Below are positions 33,583 through 41,668 of a DNA stretch of 64,000 nt, piece by piece. Below the pieces are notes generated by a model that was not told where the DNA came from, made no database searches, and saw only the letters and a list, made by a program, of their open reading frames with translations. The translations under genes and the position numbers were made by a program. Position 1 is the first letter of the stretch; the number at the start of each line of letters is the position of its first letter. Origin of the DNA: an uncultured Bacteroidia bacterium (lineage in GTDB: Bacteria; Bacteroidota; Bacteroidia; Bacteroidales; ML635J-15); NCBI GenBank assembly GCA_902800045.1, contig CADCCZ010000007.1, positions 22,237 to 86,236 of the forward strand, written 5' to 3'.

Positions 33583-35046
33583 ATGAAAATTTGTATTTTT
33601 TACAAAAAAGCAATTTACAAAATGAGTTTTTTATTAGGTATCTTATTTGCTCTCAACGCAAATGCACAAACAGAGATAACCAATCTGAACTTTGAGAGTT
33701 GGAATGGAACAGAGCCATCAAACTGGACAACTTCAAATGAACTTTCAACAGATGGTGGTGGTGTACAGACAGCATTCAAAGAAACAACAAATCCTGGCGA
33801 AGGGTCCGCTTCACTTAAACTTGTAACAGGCAGTTGCCCAGAATGTCCTAATTTCCAAATTGGAGGATTTATGGGTTTTGGTGGAATTTCACTACCTTTT
33901 CCAAATCCAGTTGGCGGTTTCATACAACTTGGAGAATATGGCGAAGGTGTTCCTTACAATAAGCGACCAGTTTCTGTTGATTTCATTTACAAAGCAAAAC
34001 CAATGGGCAACGATGCTGCATGCTTTCACATTCAACTTACTAGGTACAACAATTCTACAAATCAAACCGATACAATTGGGGAATGCTATTTCGAGGTTAG
34101 CAATACTGTAGATGAATGGACACAAATGAACATTCCTTTTGCGTACTCATCACCGCTTGCACCCGATACAATCAATATCCTGATTACATCAAGCGTTGGT
34201 TCTGTCCCAGACTATTCCGCTATGTTTCCCGGATTTCCTTCTCCATCGCAACTTGGCATACCTTCACCCGTTGCAGGTAGCGAATTCTATATCGACGGAA
34301 TAGTTTTTAATATGCCTTCATGCGACGGCTTTTCAGTAAATGTGACAGGAACCAATGAAACATCTATAGGTGCAATGGACGGTACTGCTACAGCTACTCC
34401 AAATGGAGGAACTTCGCCATACACTTACATTTGGAACAATCTTGCCACAACTCAAACAATAAACAATTTACCACCAGCAACATATTTTGTTACGGTTACC
34501 GATGGAAATGCTTGTCAAAAGGTAGGCAAATACACGGTAAATCCAGCTGGGTGCAATATATCTGTAAATGTTACTGGAACAAATTCAAATAGCAATTCAA
34601 TATTCTCTGGTACAGGCTCAGCAACAGCTAATGTCACTGGTGGCAATCCGCCATATAGTTACACTTGGAACAATGGAGAAGAGACGCAGACAATTACAAA
34701 TCTTGCAGTTGGTGCATATTCGGTATTAGTCGAAGAAATTAACAATTCAGGATGTGTAGCTTGGGGATTCTATACTGTTTATGGTCCAAATGGTGCAGCA
34801 GTAGAAAATGAATTTATAGGCTCAATAAAGATGTATCCTAATCCAACTGATGATTTCATAAATGTTAATGGAGATGTTGAAATTACAGAAGTATCCATTT
34901 ATGATGGACTTGGAAGACTTGTAACACATAGCAATATTTATGATACATCTGCTAGCATTAATGTATCATCGTTTGAAGCAGGAATATACATTGTGCTCAT
35001 AAATACTGAAAAAGGAATTCTCGAAAGTAAATTCATAAAGGAATAA
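33583..35046 (+). CDS. T9SS cargo protein with two SprB-type repeats and a C-terminal sorting domain
   Basis: Starts are ATG 33583 (MKICIF..) or ATG 33622 (MSFLLGILFALNANAQ). The repeats read GGTSPYTYIWNN..YFVTVTDGNAC and GGNPPYSYTWNN..YSVLVEE. The CTD reads MYPNPTDDFINVNG..IYDGLGRLV..GIYIVLINT. Confidence 0.7.
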   Translation: MKICIFYKKAIYKMSFLLGILFALNANAQTEITNLNFESWNGTEPSNWTTSNELSTDGGGVQTAFKETTNPGEGSASLKLVTGSCPECPNFQIGGFMGFGGISLPFPNPVGGFIQLGEYGEGVPYNKRPVSVDFIYKAKPMGNDAACFHIQLTRYNNSTNQTDTIGECYFEVSNTVDEWTQMNIPFAYSSPLAPDTINILITSSVGSVPDYSAMFPGFPSPSQLGIPSPVAGSEFYIDGIVFNMPSCDGFSVNVTGTNETSIGAMDGTATATPNGGTSPYTYIWNNLATTQTINNLPPATYFVTVTDGNACQKVGKYTVNPAGCNISVNVTGTNSNSNSIFSGTGSATANVTGGNPPYSYTWNNGEETQTITNLAVGAYSVLVEEINNSGCVAWGFYTVYGPNGAAVENEFIGSIKMYPNPTDDFINVNGDVEITEVSIYDGLGRLVTHSNIYDTSASINVSSFEAGIYIVLINTEKGILESKFIKE

Positions 35047-35065
35047 GAGAATTTATTACACGAAA

Positions 35066-35101
35066 AAGGAATGTGTTTAATTAAAATGCATTCCTTTTTT
35101 T
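35066..35101 (+). terminator. Rho-independent terminator after the T9SS cargo gene
   Basis: AAGGAATG..CATTCCTT stem followed by TTTTT. Confidence 0.65.
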
Positions 35102-35150
35102 ATTATAATTAATTTATATTCAATTAAATACAATTTTCTATTGACAAAAA

Positions 35151-35166
35151 TTGCGTACATACGCAA
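35151..35166. promoter_or_regulatory. 7-2-7 palindrome TTGCGTA-ca-TACGCAA; possible operator
   Basis: Read directly, about 240 nt upstream of the serine dehydratase gene. Confidence 0.3.
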
Positions 35167-35229
35167 AAATTTTCAATGAGTGTTTTGCAACTCAAAAAAT
35201 TATTGAATCAGGCATTTTTTATTTCATCG

Positions 35230-35273
35230 TGAGCCGCAAATTGTGAAAAATATGGGGTAGTTGAGCCGCAAAT
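35230..35273. promoter_or_regulatory. Two direct copies of TGAGCCGCAAAT spaced 32 bp start to start
   Basis: The copies are at 35230-35241 and 35262-35273. Confidence 0.3.
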
Positions 35274-35374
35274 AAACATCAACATTTTCTTCTTTTAGAC
35301 TGTCAGCCTCCCTTTGTTAATCCAAATGTTGAAAAAATAGCATAAGATTTTTATGTATTTTGCCGTGCAGAATG

Positions 35375-35382
35375 TAGTTTTG
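35375..35382 (+). promoter_or_regulatory. -7 box TAgtTTTG for the serine dehydratase gene
   Basis: tagttttg lies 22 nt upstream of ATG 35405. This supports translation of the long N-terminal extension. Confidence 0.5.
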
Positions 35383-35404
35383 CACAAAAATAAAATTTAC
35401 GACA

Positions 35405-37570
35405 ATGAAAAGCTTAAAGGAACTGATGCCTGAAATTTACTTCGAGGTAATGGACAAGGAAGATTTCGCAGAACACGAAATGTACCTTAACAAGATAATC
35501 GACCCAGACAACCACACAAAGATATTCAAGCAGAAAGGCGACATTGAGGAGTTCGTTTTCTACAACTTCGACCTCAAGCGACTGAAAAACAAAATTCTGA
35601 AAGTCGTATCCAGTACAAAGAACAATGTGCTGATGTACAGGGTTTTCCCGAGTAAGGAAAAAGATTTCATACTGGCTTCGTTCTACGAAGACCTTGAGTT
35701 CAGTTCGCGACGAAACGAATTCAACATCCCAAATACTGAGGATTTTAGAAAAATATTCATCGATAAGAACAACAAAATTACAAAGTATGTCGATTTCGGT
35801 TGCAAGGTTGACGAGGCAAAGAAAAAAACAACCTTGTTGCTGAAATGCGTAAATATTTCGCACAATACACTTATTTCCAACATATTCGAAACCATCGAAC
35901 GCCACGAACTCAACTGCGACTACATGGAATTGTGGCAGGTTAAGAAGTCGGACAAGAAAATTGATGTTTACTACGAAATAGCCATCGAAATAAGTTCGCT
36001 GCTTCCGAAGGAAGAAATTGACTCGATAGGCGACGACTTCGAACGCTACATACAGTGCTACATAAAGCCGATGAGCATTTTCGACCTTGTTGGTCCTGCT
36101 ATGGTCGGTCCGTCGAGCTCGCACACCGCCGGCGCAAACCGCATAGGACAGATTGCACGAAACATTATCTGCGCTGTTGAACAGTCGGGCGAAAAGATTG
36201 AAACCGTAGAAGTTAAGCTTATTGGTTCGTTCCGCGATACAGGCGTAGGCCACAAGACACCATCGGCTCTCGGTGGCGGACTTTGCGGATATGTTACCGA
36301 CGACCCGCGTATGATTGAAGCCGGAGACCCTCAATCGCTGAGCAAGAACGGAATCAAGTTTGCAAATTGCACCGCAAAGTTCAACGGATACAAGAAAGGT
36401 TCTGCCGACGACGATGCAAGATATGCCGACCAGAAGAACGCCAACATTGCCGAGGTCATCTTCAAGACCGACAAGGGAACACACTGCGTAACAGGTTTTT
36501 CAATCGGTGCTGGAAATGTTGAGATAAGATTCTACGACGGAATGCTCGATTTTGCACTCGACGGAAAGATTGATACGGTCCTGAATGGTGGAAAAATTGA
36601 AAAAATCAACGAAAAGAACGCAAATCTGCCGAAAATTGCCAAAATTTACAACGAAAATTCGGCAACCGAACTTCCAATGATGCCTTTCCATACTTTCGAG
36701 GAACTTATCGAATATGTGAACGAGGAAAAAATAAATCTCATTGATCTTATCCTTGACATTGAAAGGCAGTTGCAGAATACCGACCGCAAGCAAGTTTACG
36801 ACAAGATGCGTAGCTACTGGAACATAATGCAGAAGTCGGTTGACGATGGAATCAGGAGCAACGAACTCACCTTATTGAAACTTACTGGCAAAGATTCGAA
36901 GAATATCAACAAGTACCGCGAAGGCAACAAGATTTTCGACAACATTTATGGAAAGGCAGTTGCATACGCAGTAGCCGTAAACGAGATAAATGCAAAGTCG
37001 GGTGTTATAATCGCTTGTCCAACAGCAGGTTCATGTGGAATTTTACCAGGTGTTCTGAAGGCATACAACGAAATTCACAAGCCAGAAGAAGACAGGATTC
37101 TCGAATCGTTGATGATAGCAGGTTTCTTCGGAATGATACTGTTTGGTGATGTTTCTACTGCTGGAGCTGACTATGGATGTCAGGCCGAAATTGGTTCGGC
37201 AGCGGCAATGGCGGCAGCAGCCTTGGTTTATCTCGAAGGTGGTGATGTGGAACAGATGATTGAAGGTTTTACAATTGCAATAAAGAACTCACTCGGACTT
37301 ATCTGCGACCCGATTGCCGGACTTGTGGAAGTTCCGTGCGTAAAGCGTAACGGTATTTACTCTTCGCACGCAATCAGCGCGGCACTTATGGCACTCAGCG
37401 GCGTGAAGTCGTTTGTTTCGCCGGATGAAGTTGTGCTTACTATGCGCGAAGTTGGCGAACGCCTGAATGTCGATTACAAGGAAACTGGCAAGGCTGGACT
37501 CGCCAAGACCCGTGATGGCAAGGAAGTGGAGAAGAATTTTGCCAACGAGGTTAAGAAGTTCTTCAACTAG
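35405..37570 (+). CDS. Iron-sulfur L-serine dehydratase (fused beta+alpha) with a ~222-aa N-terminal extension
   Basis: 721 aa. The canonical beta start MSIFDLVGPAMVGPSSSHTAGANRIG is at residue 223. Alpha-domain motifs are CPTAGSCGILPG, DYGCQAEIGSAAAMAA and VPCVKRNG. Confidence 0.8.
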   Translation: MKSLKELMPEIYFEVMDKEDFAEHEMYLNKIIDPDNHTKIFKQKGDIEEFVFYNFDLKRLKNKILKVVSSTKNNVLMYRVFPSKEKDFILASFYEDLEFSSRRNEFNIPNTEDFRKIFIDKNNKITKYVDFGCKVDEAKKKTTLLLKCVNISHNTLISNIFETIERHELNCDYMELWQVKKSDKKIDVYYEIAIEISSLLPKEEIDSIGDDFERYIQCYIKPMSIFDLVGPAMVGPSSSHTAGANRIGQIARNIICAVEQSGEKIETVEVKLIGSFRDTGVGHKTPSALGGGLCGYVTDDPRMIEAGDPQSLSKNGIKFANCTAKFNGYKKGSADDDARYADQKNANIAEVIFKTDKGTHCVTGFSIGAGNVEIRFYDGMLDFALDGKIDTVLNGGKIEKINEKNANLPKIAKIYNENSATELPMMPFHTFEELIEYVNEEKINLIDLILDIERQLQNTDRKQVYDKMRSYWNIMQKSVDDGIRSNELTLLKLTGKDSKNINKYREGNKIFDNIYGKAVAYAVAVNEINAKSGVIIACPTAGSCGILPGVLKAYNEIHKPEEDRILESLMIAGFFGMILFGDVSTAGADYGCQAEIGSAAAMAAAALVYLEGGDVEQMIEGFTIAIKNSLGLICDPIAGLVEVPCVKRNGIYSSHAISAALMALSGVKSFVSPDEVVLTMREVGERLNVDYKETGKAGLAKTRDGKEVEKNFANEVKKFFN

Positions 37571-37583
37571 AACCAAAATCAAC

Positions 37584-37655
37584 CGCCCACTGAGCCTGTC
37601 GAAGTGAAGATCAAAGAAAAATATTTCTACTTACCCTTCGCAAGCTCAGGGTGCT
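37584..37655. repeat. Palindromic REP-like element, copy A
   Basis: The left arm CGCCCACTGAGCCTGTCGAAGTGAAG and right arm CTTACCCTTCGCAAGCTCAGGGTGCTG form a long imperfect hairpin with an A-rich loop. It starts 14 nt after the dehydratase stop. Confidence 0.7.
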
Positions 37656-37705
37656 GAAATTCTTATTATTATTGCATCAAATAATTATTGTAAAAATTTA
37701 CTGAT

Positions 37706-38020
37706 ATAAAAACAAGACTTTTTATTTCACTACTCGTTGTAGCAATGGGTGTGATTGTGTTTAGCGGTTGTCAGAAGAAAAAATCTTGCGAAACTTGCAA
37801 GGAATATAAATTCATATATAATCCAGAAGCTTATTGGGCTGGACATTTACACGGCAGTAATTTGTTTGGTATGGTAATGAAAAAGAATGTTCCTAACAAA
37901 CTAAAAAAACATCCTGGGGATACTATAAATATTTGTGCAGAAATTGAAATACAATATCCATCTACTGATTATTCTGGAATAGAGAATGTTACAAAATTCA
38001 AATGCGTAGAAATTAAATAA
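37706..38020 (+). pseudogene. Small lipoprotein paralog whose ancestral start codon is ATA instead of ATG
   Basis: The 5' ~70 nt are near-identical to the next gene, but ATGAAATCAAGA has become ATAAAAACAAGA (37706-08 = ATA). The first in-frame ATG (37745, MGVIVFSGCQKK) would leave a truncated signal peptide. Confidence 0.45.
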
Positions 38021-38022
38021 AT

Positions 38023-38391
38023 ATGAAATCAAGACTTTTTATTTCACTACTCGTTGTAGCAATGGGTGTGATAGTGTTTAGCGGTTGCCAGAAACGGTCA
38101 TCATGCAATGGCGGAATACAAGGACATTTGGAAGTTCTTGACGAACCTTATGAAACAGATCCTAATTTTTTTTATGTTAGTAATGTGAAAGTCACAGCTA
38201 ATTTTTATGATTCTAATAATCGTATTTATTTTATAACAGGCAAAGTTCCTAAAAAAATATCTCATAATTCTTTGGTAACAGCAAAAATTCATGTTGTTGA
38301 CCCAGGTGAAGAATATGATTCAAAACCACATTACGCGCAACCATTAGCAGAAGTCTATAAATTGGATTGTATTTGTATTGATGAAGAATAA
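38023..38391 (+). CDS. Small lipoprotein (122 aa)
   Basis: Signal peptide with lipobox MKSRLFISLLVVAMGVIVFSGC. No family recognised. Confidence 0.55.
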   Translation: MKSRLFISLLVVAMGVIVFSGCQKRSSCNGGIQGHLEVLDEPYETDPNFFYVSNVKVTANFYDSNNRIYFITGKVPKKISHNSLVTAKIHVVDPGEEYDSKPHYAQPLAEVYKLDCICIDEE

Positions 38392-38398
38392 TAACTAA

Positions 38399-38473
38399 CC
38401 GCCCACTGAACCTGTCGAAGTGAAGGTTAAAGAAAAATATTTCGGCTTACCATTCTACAAGCTCAGGGTGCTG
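38399..38473. repeat. Palindromic REP-like element, copy B
   Basis: CCGCCCACTGAACCTGTCGAAGTGAAGG...CAAGCTCAGGGTGCTG is near-identical to copy A. It starts 7 nt after the lipoprotein stop. Confidence 0.7.
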
Positions 38474-38482
38474 AATGGTGCG

Positions 38483-38524
38483 AATAATTATCAATTGTTA
38501 ATTGTACATTATCCATTATTAATT
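38483..38524. repeat. Heptamer-period tract (TTATCAA TTGTTAA TTGTACA TTATCCA TTATTAA) following REP copy B
   Basis: Read directly. Confidence 0.5.
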
Positions 38525-39095
38525 TGACTTCCACGCTCTTTGAAATATGCAAGCAAACTTATCAACTTTTTTCAAAAAAGCGGTTAATTTGCTGAATGAA
38601 AAATCATTGAAAAATCGGTTTTTTCGTAAGTCGTTGATTAAAAAAATAAATCAAAATTAACAGAATCGGTTTTCAAAATGTTATTTCTGTGAATAAAAAT
38701 TATTAAATTTTTCTTGCAGAATTGTAAGGTGCTCGACTATATGGAAGTTGGATTTTGGCAAGATTTTTTTGTAATTTTTTAATGTAATTTTTTCAACAGA
38801 AAAATGGTTCAATTTGAACAATCGGAGAGGTAAAATTTTTCATCAGGTGGGTAATGAAAAATGTCAAATTCTGCGAATATAAAAATCCTGAATTATAAAT
38901 ATCTTACACATTTTTCGCTGCAATAAAATAACATTTGACAAGTAACTTGCAAGACAAATTTTCATAAATTTACTAACCTATTCACAAGTATTAATAATAA
39001 TCATCAATTAAATTTAATTAAATATATATTTTATTGTTATTATGATAATGTGTATTTAGGCGGAAGAAAAATTTTGAAAAAGAACTTACTGTTTT

Positions 39096-39182
39096 CCTTC
39101 ACTTCGGCTACGCTCAGTGGGCGGAGAGAATTTAGCTCCCTGAGCTTCGGTTGCTGAGCAAAGTCGAAGCATCGAAGGGGCG
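39096..39182. repeat. Palindromic REP-like element, copy C (arms inverted relative to A and B)
   Basis: CCTTCACTTCGGCTACGCTCAGTGGGCGG is the reverse complement of the CCGCCCACTGAGC..CGAAGTGAAGG arm. It is followed by CTCCCTGAGCTTCGG..GTCGAAGCATCGAAGGGG. Confidence 0.6.
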
Positions 39183-39223
39183 ATTGATTATCAATTATCC
39201 ATTGTCAATTATCAATTATTCCC
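39183..39223. repeat. Five tandem heptamers (TTATCAA TTATCCA TTGTCAA TTATCAA TTATTCC) following REP copy C
   Basis: Read directly. Confidence 0.6.
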
Positions 39224-39231
39224 TACCTTTG
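39224..39231 (+). promoter_or_regulatory. -7 box TAccTTTG for birA
   Basis: tacctttg lies 29 nt upstream of ATG 39261. Confidence 0.5.
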
Positions 39232-39260
39232 CTAAACATTTTTCAAAAAGATTTTAAACT

Positions 39261-39998
39261 ATGAAATACATAGAACTCAACGAGATTGACTCGACCAATG
39301 CCTACCTTTCCGAAAAATTTCTGTCGGGAGAGATAACTGAACCTACAACTGTATTCACCCATTCGCAAAACAAGGGAAAGGGAATGGGACAGAACATCTG
39401 GGTAAGCGACAACGATAAGAACGCGCTTTTCAGTATTGCACTGTTTACCGAGATAAAGACTGAAGAAATTTTCAAGGTAAGTCTGGCAACCTCGATGGCT
39501 ATATATGAATTTTTGAAATTAAAGGGCATTACGACGAAGATCAAGTGGCCGAACGATATTTATTACGACGGGAAAAAACTCGGCGGAATACTTATCGAAA
39601 ATAAGTTAGACGGCAATATCGTGAAGGCATCTGTTATAGGTGTAGGATTGAATCTCAACCAGGAGAAGTTTCCTAAGTGGTTGCCGAACCCCATTTCGCT
39701 GAAGAACATCACTGGTCATGACTACGATGCTAAGGAATTTATAACTGGCATATCGGAAATGGTGGAAAAGAAGCTCAACGAAATAAAGGATGTTCCGTTT
39801 GCCGACCTTCGTCTCGACTATCTGCTGAACCTTTATTGCTTTGGTAAGATTATGATGTGGAAGATTCAGGGCATAAAGGATGAAATCAGTGGAAGCATCG
39901 TCGATGTAAAGCCTTCTGGAAAAATTGTTGTACAGGCAGTATCCGGCCAGTTGTGCGAATGCGACATAAAGGAGATTAAGTTGATTGATGATTTTTAA
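39261..39998 (+). CDS. birA: Biotin--[acetyl-CoA-carboxylase] ligase (class I, no N-terminal HTH)
   Basis: 245 aa with GKGMGQNIW (a GRGRxGRxW-like motif) and KWPNDIYYDGKKLGGILIE. Confidence 0.85.
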   Translation: MKYIELNEIDSTNAYLSEKFLSGEITEPTTVFTHSQNKGKGMGQNIWVSDNDKNALFSIALFTEIKTEEIFKVSLATSMAIYEFLKLKGITTKIKWPNDIYYDGKKLGGILIENKLDGNIVKASVIGVGLNLNQEKFPKWLPNPISLKNITGHDYDAKEFITGISEMVEKKLNEIKDVPFADLRLDYLLNLYCFGKIMMWKIQGIKDEISGSIVDVKPSGKIVVQAVSGQLCECDIKEIKLIDDF

Positions 39999-40056
39999 AT
40001 TTTGTTTATAGAGTAAATTATTGTATTTTTACATCGTCTTTTTAATAGTTAATTAA

Positions 40057-40287
40057 ATGAGTTTAGAAACTTTAACGAGTTTAAGAGATTATCTGTATGG
40101 TACGCTATCTACAGAAAATATGCTGTGGCTGGCTGGTGAGTTAGAATCTTATGCCAAAAGTGCAAAAAAAGATGTTTACACTAAAGAAGACATCTATAAC
40201 ATAATTAAAGAAGGTGAAAGACAAATTTCAGAAGGTAAATGTAAGACTACAGAAGAAGTTTTTTCGAGTTACAAAGAATTAAAATAG
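40057..40287 (+). CDS. Putative antitoxin of the adjacent RelE/ParE toxin
   Basis: 76-aa ORF ending 7 nt upstream of the toxin gene. AT-rich. Assigned by position only. Confidence 0.45.
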   Translation: MSLETLTSLRDYLYGTLSTENMLWLAGELESYAKSAKKDVYTKEDIYNIIKEGERQISEGKCKTTEEVFSSYKELK

Positions 40288-40294
40288 TAGTTAA

Positions 40295-40603
40295 ATGATT
40301 GTAATTTGGTCTGAAAAAGCTGAAAATACTTTAAAGCAAACTGCTGATTATATTTTAGAAAAGTTTGGTGAAAATAATAGAAATAATTTTATTAAAGAAG
40401 TTTATAAAATTGTAAAGCTTTTAGAAACAAATCCCAATTTAGGCAAGATTGAACCTTTGCTTGTTGATTTTCCTGAAATGTATAGAAGTATTGTAGTTAA
40501 TTTTTTGAATAAAATAATATATAGGGTTGAGGACGATAAAATTCTGATAGTTGCATTATGGGATGTAAGAAGAGAACCTATGAATAATGTTTATTCAATT
40601 TAA
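40295..40603 (+). CDS. Type II toxin-antitoxin system RelE/ParE family toxin
   Basis: 102 aa. The pattern IVIWSEKAENTLKQ..YI...FGE......F......V..L..NP.LG......F.EMYRSIVV...NKIIYRVEDDKILIVALWDVRREP is typical of the family. Confidence 0.7.
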   Translation: MIVIWSEKAENTLKQTADYILEKFGENNRNNFIKEVYKIVKLLETNPNLGKIEPLLVDFPEMYRSIVVNFLNKIIYRVEDDKILIVALWDVRREPMNNVYSI

Positions 40604-41643
40604 TTCTTCCTCATTATATTATCCAAGTTTATCTTCAGCGATACATAGTTTACCGAACCAGAAAGATGATATGAAGAATATGAATATTCAAGACTGAATT
40701 TCTTCAGGCAAATTCCCATTCCGGCAGAAAAACCTACAATCTTACCCTTGTTTATGAGTGCCAGTTCCGATCTGCGTCGATAGTTGAATCCAAGCGATAT
40801 GTAGAAAACATTTTTAATATTAATGTCGGCACTTAAAACAAGATGTCGCATAAGTTCGTCGCCAGCATGACCAAGTTTATTCAAGAAGTTTTCCTTTGTT
40901 TCTTCGGTGTTCTGGTAGTTGTTTCTAAGTGTGCTTTCGTAGCGAAGGCTCCAGTTGAACAAATCTATAGCAGTGAGCGAAAGTGAAAATGGTGCGTGCT
41001 TGAATTTTTTAGTAATACCGAGCTGCATGTCGATAGGTAAACTTTCGCGTACTCCTTTGGTGTATTTTTTTATTTGAAAACCAAGGTTCTTGAATACCAA
41101 ACCTGCCGAAAAAAGTGATGCCGTATCCTTGTAAGTAGCACCTAAATCGACTGCCATACCAAATGATGTTGCTTCCCAGTAGTCCGACACGATAGTTTTA
41201 AGTGTTCCGCCGAAGTTGAATTTTTTCAGAGGATAAGCATACGAAATGTTTATTGCATAGTCGGCTGCGTTGAACTTGCCGAGAACTTCTCCTAATTCGT
41301 TTGTGTTGTAGAATTTTCCATAGTTGAGATATTGTATCCCTGCCGAGAAAATTCCAGCCTTCTCAAAATTTCTTGCATATATTGCATATCCGAGATTAAT
41401 GTCCGAAACATAATTTGTGTAGCTTAGAACAAATTGGTTGTTCATATCGGCCGTCAGCATTGCCGGGTTTGCATTAACAAAACTAAGGTCGCCATCGATG
41501 TGTGAAACGTTGAAGCCACCGAGTGCCGATATGCGTGCTGAAGTAGGTATGTTGAGGAACTTGTATGTTTTCTCTCCGCCATTCTGCGAAAATACAGAAA
41601 GACAGATAATTAAAGAGATAACTATTAATACAAGCCTTTTCAT
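40600..41643 (-). CDS. porQ: T9SS outer-membrane beta-barrel protein, PorQ-like
   Basis: 347 aa. A signal peptide is followed by GGEKTYKFLNIPTSARISALGG..NANPAML, as in PorQ/PorP-SprF-type proteins, with an alternating beta-strand pattern throughout. Confidence 0.6.
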   Translation of the reverse strand: MKRLVLIVISLIICLSVFSQNGGEKTYKFLNIPTSARISALGGFNVSHIDGDLSFVNANPAMLTADMNNQFVLSYTNYVSDINLGYAIYARNFEKAGIFSAGIQYLNYGKFYNTNELGEVLGKFNAADYAINISYAYPLKKFNFGGTLKTIVSDYWEATSFGMAVDLGATYKDTASLFSAGLVFKNLGFQIKKYTKGVRESLPIDMQLGITKKFKHAPFSLSLTAIDLFNWSLRYESTLRNNYQNTEETKENFLNKLGHAGDELMRHLVLSADINIKNVFYISLGFNYRRRSELALINKGKIVGFSAGMGICLKKFSLEYSYSSYHLSGSVNYVSLKINLDNIMRKN

Positions 41644-41660
41644 TGTTTGAAATTAACGCG

Positions 41661-41668
41661 CAAACTTA
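41661..41668 (-). promoter_or_regulatory. -7 box (TAagTTTG on minus strand) for the porQ-like gene
   Basis: Plus-strand caaactta lies 17 nt upstream of ATG 41643. Confidence 0.5.

Noticed and set aside
35414-36484. 356-aa ORF antisense to the serine dehydratase gene
   Set aside because: It lies opposite a gene with canonical Sda motifs and has Val/Phe-rich composition without domains.
37584-38473. Integron gene cassettes, with the palindromic elements acting as attC sites
   Set aside because: No integron integrase or Pc promoter is in the window. The element resembles generic REP-type intergenic palindromes. The idea is kept only as a low-probability alternative in the corresponding finding.
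38474-39260. Chromosomal replication origin (oriC) in the AT-rich ORF-free tract, considered because mnmG/gidA lies 7 kb away
   Set aside because: I found only one good DnaA-box-like 9-mer (TGTGAATAA). The TTATCCATT-type matches are part of the heptamer tracts. There is no dnaA or dnaN nearby and no obvious gene-orientation switch. GC skew on the whole replicon would be decisive, and I cannot compute it here.
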